Of a stretch of DNA of 64,000 nucleotides, positions 10,788 through 21,911 are shown piece after piece. The stretch comes from Mizuhopecten yessoensis (taxonomy: Eukaryota). The notes below the pieces were generated by a model. It was not told the origin of the DNA. It made no database searches and saw only the letters and a program-made list of their open reading frames with translations. Location of the stretch: NCBI RefSeq assembly GCF_002113885.1, contig NW_018407509.1, positions 748,803 to 812,802 on the forward strand. The letters are read 5' to 3'. How positions within the stretch are numbered: position 1 is the stretch's first letter; every line of letters begins with the position of its first letter. Made by a program: the position numbers and the translations under genes.

Positions 10788-13700
10788 TCAGCTGCCGGCC
10801 GGACACTGAATTTTGAGAATCTCAATTGGAATGGTGTCTTCGTAATGGAATATCTTCTTCTTGGGAGAATCAACTATTTCATAAGTGAGTCCTTCGTTTG
10901 CTGTGTGAATAGAAAAAAAAAGATGAATAAAGTTTCAGTGATTTTCAAGAACGAGGGATCATGTACATTCTCCCCTAAATCTTGAAATTCTCCATTTATA
11001 ACACTTCAAATGCCCCCCCTCCCCCCCCCCCCCCCCCCTCCATTCCTTTATCAAAACGAAAGAAACACTGAAACTCATTGTATTACATACCCTATATCTA
11101 TCATTTTGAAGTCAAGGAAGGCAATTTAACAGAGACTCCATCATATTTAAATCAGGGGATTTCAGAAACACACAAATTTCTTTTAAACAGTTCCAGTTTT
11201 AAAACCCAGAGCTCAACATCCAAACTCGATGAGTAATCAGGCTTTGTTTCTATAACTATAGACTTTATATCACTTATATAATAGACAAATTTTAGACTGA
11301 ATGTTTACAGGGTAAGGATTTTCTATGTTATGACACATTGACTAAAGTCCTCAGGGGTGGGGTTTGTTTGACGCTAGAGTCAATCCTCTCAGCATAGTTA
11401 TGATTTTCTCTTCATGCCCAGCAATTGTTTTATAGTTATGGGTTGGGGATCTTAAAAAGTTTTCATATGTTGACAAAGGCACCAAGGTCCCTGTGGAAAG
11501 AGGGGGGAGAGGCTTGACTCCTGGTCAGTCCTGGTAACAAGTCTGCTATGTGTGTATGGTTTTAAATAGTAAGCATCTCAATAATTTTAAACCATACAGA
11601 TTTGCACCCAAATTTCCTCTATTAGGGCCCAAGGAATCAAATGAGGTATGGTTACATTCCATGCAGCCATTTAGAAGGAGTAGGATTTTTGCTTTTAAAC
11701 AAATGTTATTTTCTATATGGGAACTGCTCTTCTGCTTCCAGAGAAGAGGTTTCCAACCTTTCATTATTACAAAACTGAAACCCAAGGATACTCCAGACCA
11801 AGTTCGGTCAGATGTTGCACCATGGCATAAGTCATAAGGCATGACATGTCCTTCCCAGCCAGATGAACCAACAAAAATGTAAAATTTCAACCAATAAAAT
11901 CACAATGCAGACATCTTAAGAATCCTACCTAATGGTAAATAAGCCCTACCTAATACGATGAGGAAGTGGTCGCGGGTGTCCTCATTTCTGATCGTAGATG
12001 CTATAAAGGCAGTGGCTCTTTGGCCATTCTCCATCTCCAGGGACAACAGTTTCCGCAACACAGACACCAGGGCAGGCATGATGGACTTGTCAAACACAAC
12101 ATCTGTCGGCAAATACGACAAGTAGAGCATCAAATGGACAAATTATGAAGGGGTGTTACCATTTCCAAGTTTGAATATGTTGGGTTTTTTTGGCATCACA
12201 AAAACATTTCATCATCAGAATGATGAAAGGATAGTGGATTTAACTTTTTGGCAAATTTACTTTTTCATTTACCTCATCAATGTGAAAAAATGTGCATAGG
12301 AACACATTAGCAGGACATACAATACATTTTACAGCATTATTGCTCAATGTCAAATATTTCCTCACTGAATAGTTTCAAACACTTTTCATCATAATACATG
12401 TATGTAACTTTCTAATTTGTCATCAATTCTTGTGTACCTTTAAAATGTGTCAACAATTCTTGTGTACCTGGCAAATGTCCTTTATTTTTTTATTTTTTAT
12501 ATGTTTGGTATCATTCCCAAAGTTTTCGTATGGTTGCCAAACTGTACAGATTAATCAGCTTTTCGATTATGGAATTGATTAATTATTTCAATTTAATTTA
12601 AGATAATTTTCATAAATCGGCCAAAACCTATGTGGTGTGTGCACTTGAGGTTTACCTGCAGCAAGTATGATGTCAGGAGCTAGATCCCACAGAATTCTGT
12701 CATCGGAAGTTTCCCAATCATATTTGAGAAGTCGGATTCTCTCGTCTTGGTCGAAGAAGTACATTCCAGGAAGACATTCGTCCATTACCCAATTCTGAGA
12801 CTCAACATGAAAATCGTTCTGATCAGAAAATGTGTCCTCGCTGTTTTCCTCGTCGTATGACGATGAAGCTGTGGAAGTATAGCTGATCTCCATAATATCT
12901 GAACACATGCTCACGGTACAGGGATTGGAGGGCTCAGCGTTTACACTCAATTGGCGGCGGATTGATTTCATCATACGTCCGTCCTTTTTGTCTGTGCACT
13001 CTTTAGATGTGGAGGGGAAGATATCGCTGGGCGTGTAGGTTGGCTGTGACAGATACGTTTGTTTAGCAAAGTTGGTCTCAATGTTCTTCATAAGAAGGTA
13101 GAGCACCTGGTGGTGACAGTCAGTAAACGTGTACGACTTCATCTGGCACTTCCTGCACACAGTGATCCCGGTAAGTCCCAGTCCACTGCCCAACTCCAAC
13201 ACACGCCTACACACAGACAGAACAAAAAATTATAACACATATACGTAACAAACAACAGAAACTTAGACTGCATTCGTTTATTGCAATCTAAACAGTTGAA
13301 CCGGTTAGACCAGAGTCGTTCGTTTATGAAATAAGGTTGGACCCACTTAATTTGATGCTGCTTGCAAGGCCTGCATAAACATTTGCAGGTCTGGCAGTAT
13401 TTATACTCGAAAATGTAACATTTAACAAGAGGCCCAATGGGCCTGCATCGCTCACCTGGTATNCGCCAGGTGAGCTAAAAACAGACAAACTGGTTAAACC
13501 GGATACACTCACATTCCTGTGTTGTTATACACTTACTTTAACAGAAATTTAGCTGTTTCACTTCATGTACTTAATGTTTCTGGTTTGGTTTTATCGGGTT
13601 TAACGTCCTATCAACAGCTGAGGTCATTAAGGACATGCCTCACTGTGTGGTGTGTAACCGTGCATGTGTGAATGTGTGCCGGAGACAGGGTATGTTGCTG

Positions 13701-15563
13701 TACTTGCCTCCTTGTGATAGCGCGGATCTGATGCCGACTCTATAGTGCTATCTCACTGAAATACAATGCCGAAGGCACCCAGCACAGCATTCTGCCCAGT
13801 CACATTATACTGACAACGGGCAGGGTGAACCAGTTGTTGTCATTACCCTAAATGCTGAATATTAAGCAGGGAATAACAACTACCATTTTCAAGGACTTTG
13901 GTATGCCACGTCCTGGTGACAGAACCCATTGTCTTCCTCACCTGGGCGAACACTCAACAATAAAGCCAAAAGTGAGGTATTGCCAAGTAAGACGTTAGGA
14001 AATGAAAGAATGTAGAAGTAGAGAGAAAGATTAAGATCAGAAGTGTTGCAAAGGATGCAGCAGATTAATTTTGTTCGCTTTTGAGTCCCCTAGTAGAGGG
14101 CACAAAAGCAAATCCCATATTCTGAAGGGAGTTCTCACATTAGTAGCCTCTTACGATACATGCATTGGGTAACAGCAGGTGTATTCTTTTCTCGATCCCC
14201 GACCTGCAGGGGTGACTTACTGTATCACAAATCTACCTATACTTATTTGCTTTCTTAACTACGGTATTCATTCTTTTAGGCTGTGTCTCCTTAAGCACTC
14301 ATCTTCATTTTTCCCAAAGCTATTGCAAAGATGTGAAACACCAAAAGCAAAAAAAAGAAAAAACTTACTTGTTTTCTAAGAACTTGCTATTTTCGGAGCA
14401 CCATTCTGACAGATGTAAGGCTGCCTGTGATGAGAAAAAATATAAATACATATAAACAATGGATAAACTAGAACACTGACAGGTCAGTAAGGGCCCCGTC
14501 TTGTGGCAATATATCCCCCATAATTATCAAAAAGCAATCTGCCCATATAGCTGAGCTTGACGTTTGACATTTGGACTTCAAAAAGAATCACAAGGAAGCA
14601 AAATATACATTTTACATAACTATGATGTGAGTCTTGTTTCCTTCCACCTCCATATTTGCTGGGCTAACAGAAATGTAAATACCGGTGTATCATACTCATT
14701 TGTTAGCTTTGATTTGTTTTATTTCACCTTATATACCTCCTCCATCAAGAGCTAGGGTCAAAGTCAGAGATCCACTTTGTCTTTGACCTTTGGACCCAAA
14801 TGACCTTGACCATTAACCCAGTGACCCTGCAGATCTGTGGTCAGTTGACTTATTCTTTAATTCCGACCAACTTTGCTTCTTGATATCATAACAAAATGTT
14901 CATCAGTGAAAAATACAAAACTTGACCTTGACCCTTTGGACCCGTAACCTGGACCAAAGGTCAGTTGACTCTGTGTTAATTTCTGAACAACATTGCTCCA
15001 TAATGTCATAACAAAATGTTCATCAGGGAAAAGGTACAAAATTTAACCTTGACCTTTGACCCAATGACCTTGAACTTTGGTCAGTTGAATCCTTGTTTAA
15101 TTCTGATCAACTTTGCTTCATAATGTCATAACAAAATGTTCATCAGTAAAAAGATGTAAAATTTGACCTTGTCCTTTGACCCTAATGACCTTGACCTTTG
15201 ACCTCGACTTAAATCCGAACAACTTTGCTTCATAATGTCATAGCAAAATGTTCATCAGTGAAAAGATGTAAAATTTGACCTTGACCTTTGACCCTAATGA
15301 CCTTGACCTTTGACCTCGACTTTTTACCTCCGTGTGTCTCTTTGTTTAAATCCGAACAACTTTGCTTCATAATGTCATAGCAAAATGTTCATCAGTGAAA
15401 AGATGTAAAATTTGACCTTGACCTTTGAACCTAATGACCTTGACCTTTGACCTCGACTTTTTACCTCAATGTGTATTTTTGTGAACTGAACATCTTGACC
15501 AAGTTTCATGTACATCAGTCAATAAATACCAAAGTTATCAGCCAGGAACAGAATTTGTGGATG

Positions 15564-15597
<34 letters not shown>

Positions 15598-18500
15598 GTG
15601 ATTACTATAGGGCACCCGTATCTCTGATACGGGGCCCTAATTATTGACTCCATTTATCAATGTTATTGATCACAATATTATTAATGAAGAAAAATTATAG
15701 ATTATAATATTACCTATGTAACTTATTTCTGCACTGAAACATGTACTCAGTATTTATCTTGTAGACAAGCCCATGGCTGGTAATAAGCCCACCCAATTCT
15801 GTTGCAATTTTGTAAAAAATGTCACTGTCCTATAATTACCCGATCCCCTTATTACGGGGAAACCATTCCATTTTCTATTTTGTTACATTTTTTAAAGTAA
15901 CACAACACAAAACTTTTGCTGCATGGTAAAAGTGTGGATATTAGTGGTGCGATCTTTGACTCCGTGTTATAATGTCAAGCTTGATAACAAGGCTGAGGGT
16001 CAATTTGAATGGGTTACTCAACGCAATTTTGCCGCTTGCTGCTATTATCTGGTAAGATGTCAAAACAAAAATTGTTTACAGTAGTTATGTAAAAAAAAAT
16101 TACCTGTATTTTGCAAAGGTGTGCCAAACAACAAACATGAAATAACATTTGTTTGCATTAAAATATAGTATTCGATAATGTTAATAAATTTGATTGGTTT
16201 GGTTTGTTTGTGTGTTAAGTCCTATTAACATCTATACGGTCAATTAAGGACGTGCCAGGTTTTGGTGTCGGAGGAAAGCCAGAGTTCCCGGAGAAAAACC
16301 ACTGACCTACGGCCAGTACGTGGCGACTGCCCCATGCAGGCATTAAACCCGCGACCCAATGGTGGAGGGCTAGTGGTAGCAGAATGTAAGACACCTTAAC
16401 CACTTGGCCACCGCGGCCCCTAAAGGACTATGTATGGTTTGGGCCTGTTTTGGCCCCCAAATGCATCAATATTCAAAACCTTTAAATGAACTTTGAAATG
16501 ACTGTTCCTTTAATTTCGAATACTTCCAAAATAACATAATGAAACTATTTATTTATATTTCTAATTATTGTTGCCATGGTAACATGTTCAACATAAATTA
16601 GAAAAATTTGAATATTTAGTGAATATTAGGATATTTTGCATAATTTTTCTCCTAGAAACTATAGAGGGCATGTTTGAACAAACTTAATATCAAAGGATAA
16701 TGTGTAGGCACCTGTAATACATCTTTAGGAGAAATATAAATTTTGTTCAAGAGTGCGCTCTATGGTAGCAAAGAGAAAAACTAGGTGAAAACCTGTCAAA
16801 ATTGACTGAATAATCAAATTTCAATAATTTATGCAAATATGACCTGGTTACCATGGCAGCCAAAATTGAAAACACAAATAAATATTTACATAATAGGACT
16901 GGGGAAGCATTCAAAATTAAAGAAACATTCGTTTGGAAGTTACATTGCAGATTTATAATTTTGATGGATTTGGGGGTCAAAAAAGCCCCAAACTATACAT
17001 AGTCCTTTCAAAGAGTTCCTGTTGCAGATTACCTGCCAAGTACTTAGTCCTGTGGTCCCCTGGGAAATAAGATGTACTGACTCCTGTAGACTGACGGTAT
17101 TCCCACAGGGCTGAAAAGTTACAAAGAATTCATCAAATATTGTATCCAACAAAAGCGACAATTTACATAATCTTTAATTATATCCTCTTGAATACCATAT
17201 ATTTTTCATAAGTATGTCAGAATACTTCTAAACATTTTCTTCGGGTTGGTAAGTATGGATTATGAGAAGTTCTTTTTACACAACCGATAAGATTTTCTAT
17301 GTGATGTTTCGATGACTAGTACGATATGTACACGTTTGTAAGCTTACAGTGTAGCCGAATCGACTAGCTTTTGTGGACAACTCGTACACATTTTACACCT
17401 TTGTGTGCATACGCTTCACTGGTCATTTGTCTGATGAACAAGTCATCGAAACGTCACATAGAAAATCTCATTGGTTGTGTAAAAAGAACTTCTCATAATG
17501 TCAGAATACTGTTTCACAGGTGCAAATTTCGGCATATGCAATTTAACATTACAAGAAAACCATTAAATTTTCAATTCATTTCGTGTTCAAAGTTTGATGA
17601 CTAAATTATTAATGCTTAAAAATGTGGGAATAAGTTGTTTAATATGTAATGCGATATTCTAATGACTTCATGCTTTACAATAAGGCTATCCTCCATTCTG
17701 AATGCTTACAAGAATAATATCAACTGTGTATATGTAGTACCAGATTGTATAAAATCCAAAGTATATGAAGTGAAGTTGTACCAAAACTTCCACTTATTCT
17801 AATCAAAAAATTTCTTCGTCTGCATCTGACCAGAAAATTTATCGCTAAAAAAATGTTACAATAAACACACCTACAAACAGAGAGAACATCTAGTGTAAAA
17901 CCTACATGCTGTATTTAAACTTGGTGGTTAGTCTTCATTAACCTTAACTCAAACAAACATTGAATAAAAATAAGCCCAGTACCAACTATAACATGGTCTG
18001 TATATTTAATACCTATTTACATACCAGAGTGTAGGTTTTGTAACATAGCGTATCGTCCTCTTCCTCCTTCTGTTGAAGCAGATCACCATATGTTTCATAG
18101 ATTTCATCACAGATATCAGCATCAATATCTTCAAGCTGAATAAAAGGAGACATTTTTTTTCTAATTAGACAGCCTTTATTAAGGGAATGTGTACCCATTA
18201 TAACTATGAAGGCTAACAGTACAATATCTTTCTGAAAATCAAACTAATTTAACCTAATAAATCCCCAATCCCCTAAAAGTCCCTCCCTTTCATTCTTTTC
18301 TTGTTCTACATGAAAGTGTTTAATCTTCCATCGTCATTCACAGGCTTACTTGAAAAAGTATTTATAATGGCTTTCTTGAGGAATTTTGAAAAGTTCTACA
18401 TTCAAATTTTTCCACTTTGCTGAGCGGCAAGGCACTTACTAGGTCAAATGCAGTACATATGAGTTATAATCTACAATATCTTGTGTCTGACTAAAATCAA

Positions 18501-21500
18501 CCATGATACAAAGTACTAAACAGTTAATGGTCATTATGATAATGGGATTTTCTGTCTATGTATGGGGTTTATATAATTCGGCTCCTTTTGATTACGATAT
18601 AGAAATTCTTCTTTTTATTTTATACCAAAACAAGAGGCCCAATGGGCCTGCATCGCTCACCTGGTATAAATATCACACTTGTAACCTTAAAAGTGATCTA
18701 AAATAAAGCTACAGGCAAAATAAAATATCAGTATTTATGATTAAAATTCATTCAAAAGAACCTGTTATTTTTTTTTTAAACATTTCACCCCTGTGATTGA
18801 AAATCGAACACAGTCATTATGTTGAACAAATTTAATAGCCTTTCATCTCAGGATGCAACTTGCAAAGTATCAACATCCTGGGACCCATGGTTATTCAGAA
18901 GAGGTCGTTTAAAGATTTTAAACAAATTTGACCCCTGTGACCTTGAATATAAGTCAAAGTCATTCACTTTAACAAACATAGTAGTCCTTGATCCCAGCAT
19001 GCTACTGACTAAATATCAACATCCTAAGCCTTTTGGTTATTCAGAACAAGTTGTTTNNNNNNNNNNNNNNNNNNNNNNNNNNNNNNNNNNNNNNNNNNNN
19101 NNNNNNNNNNNNNNNNNNNNNNNNNNNNNNNNNNNNNNNNNNNNNNNGAAGGTCATTCATTTGAACAAACTTTGTAGCCCTTCATCTCAGCATGCTACTG
19201 GCCAAATATCATCACCCTGGGCATTTTGGTTATTCAGAAGAAGTTGTTTAAAGGTTTTTTAAGACAATTGACCCCTGTGACCTTGAATATAATTGAAGGT
19301 CATTCATTTGAACAAACTTGGTAGCCCTTCATCCAAGCATGCTACTGGCCAAATATCATCTCCCTGGGCACTTTGGTTATTGAGAAGAAGATGTTTAAAG
19401 TTTTTAACATATTTGACTCCTGTGACCTTGAATATGGGTGAAGGTCATTCATTTGAACAAACTTTGTAGCCCTTCATCCCAGTTTGCTGCTGGCCAAATA
19501 TCATCACCCTAGGCCTTTTGGTTATTAAGAAGAAGTCGTTTAAAGTAAAATATTGACGCCGGACGCCGGCCGGACGACGGACGGACGGACGACGGACGCC
19601 GCACCATCGCATAAGCTCACTTGGCACTTCGTGCCAGGTGAGCTAAAAATCACAAAATGAAACTCTTTCTCAAAATGTTTTCTTTTTCTTTTATAAGATT
19701 TTTAAGATTTTTCTTCACGCAAAATACAGGATTATATACCACACCACACAAAAAAAGAGAAAATCAACTACATTTGTATATCAACTCTAATAAATTACTA
19801 TCATAATATATTCAAATGTCAATATAGGAATTATGTGCAATGATTACATGTGTAACAGGAAAGGAAAATTGCAACAGGCAGACCAGGATTCGAACGCAGA
19901 ACCTCCAAACTGAGTCCAGTTCCTTTACGCTACAAAGATTTTCAAACTATATGTGAACTGTATATTTACCTTATGTAAGATGCTCTTAACAAATGCACGT
20001 TGATAGCTGAGTGATGGCGGGTACTGCTTACATGTGGCATCTTGAACGGTGGCCTTCAGAACAGCCCTTTGCAAGTCTGGTGAGATATCTTTGTCATCTA
20101 TTGAGTGTGTCGTCTGCAAATACAAGTAATGCATAAGCGATTCTTATACCAGTATATATATATAGGATCTTACACTCGTTTTCATTTCATATGAAATTTT
20201 TGAAACTCGTCACAAATTTTTCAAATAAAAACGAGTGCAAGATCCTTTTCATCACATAATCAAGACTTGTGGGATTTATTCGTGTAAAACTACAATTTTC
20301 ATGCAACCTTGAAATGTAAAAAGACGCCATTTTGACTCCAGTGCGTAAGTCTATGACGTCATGTACTTGTCCTAGGTGTAACGTCACAATTGAAACTTAC
20401 AACCAATCACAGGGCTGATAGGTAATATTACATGGGTTGTTAAGTAATATGCAAAAAATATGACACGTGTATATTCACTGGATAACACAGTACATTATGC
20501 GATAAATACATATATTGTAGCTATACACTATGTTCATTGTTCTATATTTTAATTATCAGACTTTAAGAATATGTTGACATGACGTAAGTAGATAGGGTTT
20601 AAATTGCCCACGTTTGCCATTTTGGGTTTATTACAGCTCTATCAAATTTTACAGTTTTATCAAATCAAGTGGGGTTTTATTACTCCGTAATTGAGTAGGT
20701 ATTAATTGCCTGTCGCCCATTTCCACAGACACCCATGGCTACATAACTCTGGGGTTTTATTGAGTGTCCCTATCTGTCTTACACAAGTTCATCCTTAGCT
20801 CCTTACTTATTGTTTTATAAGTGTTTATCAGGATTATCGTTTATTGGCCCTGCATGCACAGTGTCAGTTGCCCGACTGGTCGGGTCTTGTTATGTCAAGC
20901 AACTCCTGAGTCACTTAAGTTCAGCTTGCCCGTTTTCGCCTAACAGGGTTAAGTATATAAAGAACGAGTGAGAGAGTTGAAGGGAGTTTAGATTTGGAGT
21001 GAGAGAGGATTTTACGACAGGGATATTACGAGAACTTGATTATCTGTTAATTGCCTGGGTGAGCTGTATGTACGCTCCATGCTGGGTAACATGTATGTGT
21101 GAATATACTGCAACTTGTATTGTCCATGCATTCGGTGTTACCAGTTGTATATATATTTCGAAACTCAGGGACTGTGTTGGTTGGTGTATTGCTCGACTGC
21201 CCATTCTATCTATAAAACTATAACTTAATTTCGTTGCGGGTGTCCGACACCACACGGACGATTTACCAAGGACTTTCGACGAACGGTATGCGGGATGTGC
21301 CACTACGGAAAGTACGCAACATATATTGCACAATTTTATATTTTCAATTTTGTATCAATCTTATTTTGGTGATCTTAGACAGAATAAACCTATTTTTCTA
21401 TTGTCTTTGGTCCAAACTAATTCAAAACTGAAATATTAAATGCTAGAAATGTGCTACAGCGAATTTTTAGTATTTAATTGATGAGCTTTGCCAATGTTTA

Positions 21501-21793
21501 TTTTGTAAGTATAAGGATTTACCCAAACATACCTTAACAATAATGGGATGAAAGACGACACCTAACATCTGAACATAGTGGAGATACTTATGTTTTTATG
21601 ATTGTAAAAATGCTGACAAAAAATGAACATGCGTTTGAGTTTCGACGTAAAAATGGAGATTTTTTTCTTTCATTATTGAATCAATTACCTTCCATTTCAT
21701 TCGCCTAATTGGTACCATTTCGAAAAATTGAGTTCTAATGTCTCTTAAAATGTTTTCCTCTAAAGACATTGTTGTGCTCATGGAGGCAGCCAT
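10788..21793 (-). CDS. EEF2KMT: Protein-lysine N-methyltransferase EEF2KMT (FAM86A), 8 exons, 436 aa
   Basis: Exons 21793-21689, 20113-19970, 18135-18025, 17110-17033, 14424-14369, 13206-12656, 12102-11950, 10900-10788; all GT-AG, 1311 nt in frame. FAM86 N-domain (YPPSLSYQRAFVK), ISQGTTGLSTWQAALHLSEW, VLELGSGLGLTG (motif I), FTDCH, YDW, PDIILAADVVFD. Confidence 0.95.
13424..13476 (+). mobile_element. Both ends of a HINE-like element, interior collapsed to a single N
   Basis: 5' end and 3' hairpin end of the 18629 family joined across an N at 13463. Confidence 0.75.
13580..13980 (-). mobile_element. SINE of a second family (Meta/MESC-like core, family assignment tentative); second copy 54278-54590
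   Basis: Shared blocks GATGCCGACT.TATAGTGCTA.CTCACTGAAA, GAACCAGT and AACTACCATTTT...ACT.TGGTATG, ending in a GAACCC B-box remnant; (AAACC)n tail. Confidence 0.75.
14466..15640 (+). mobile_element. HINE-like element of a third family with internal tandem repeats
   Basis: AACTAGAACACTGACAGGTCAGT start, TGACCTTGACCTTTGACC-rich repeats, (GACA)n, 3' hairpin AGGGCACCCGTATCTCTGATACGGGGCCCT. Confidence 0.8.
16195..16420 (-). mobile_element. Full-length tRNA-headed SINE (V-domain-like core); other copies 31527-31750 (-) and 7340-7520 (+)
   Basis: GGGGCCGCGGTGGCCAAGTGGTTAAGG head (A box), B-box-like GGGTTTAATGCC, core TTTTTCTCCGGGAACTCTGGCTTTCCTCC, (AAAC/AAACC)n tail. Confidence 0.85.
16421..17008. 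mobile_element. MITE with ~55-bp TIRs (Kolobok-like ends)
   Basis: TAAAGGACTATGTATGGTTTGGG...CCCCAAACTATACATAGTCCTTT. Confidence 0.75.
17259..17499. mobile_element. MITE with ~58-bp TIRs
   Basis: ATTATGAGAAGTTCTTTTTACACAACC...GGTTGTGTAAAAAGAACTTCTCATAAT. Confidence 0.8.
18629..19646 (+). mobile_element. Helentron-type non-autonomous element (HINE-like) with internal 145-bp tandem repeats
   Basis: 5' AACAAGAGGCCCAATGGGCCTGCATCGCTCACCTG, central ~145-bp TGACCCCTGTGACCTTGA repeats, (GGAC)n microsatellite, 3' hairpin AGCTCACTTGGCACTTCGTGCCAGGTGAGCT; A-run insertion site with no TSD. Confidence 0.85.
20516..21321 (+). mobile_element. Solo LTR (806 bp) of an LTR retrotransposon
   Basis: Starts TGTAGC and ends GCAACA (TG...CA, imperfect terminal inverted repeat). 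Flanked by a 5-bp duplication TATAT (20511-20515 and 21322-21326). Internal TATATAAA at 20954 is followed by a purine-rich tract. Confidence 0.8.
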
Positions 21794-21911
21794 ATTTCTT
21801 GTTTCTTTTGTAAGCTTGATTTTGATTGGCTAAAGCACATTCAGGACCAATCACAGTTGAGTTGACATATTTCATGTTCAAGAGACGCTTTACATGAAGA
21901 ATATAGAGAAA
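21794..21911. promoter_or_regulatory. Very compact bidirectional promoter / 5' UTR region of EEF2KMT and RNPS1
   Basis: Lies between the divergent start codons; ATTGG at 21825-21829 and CCAAT at 21847-21851. Confidence 0.7.
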
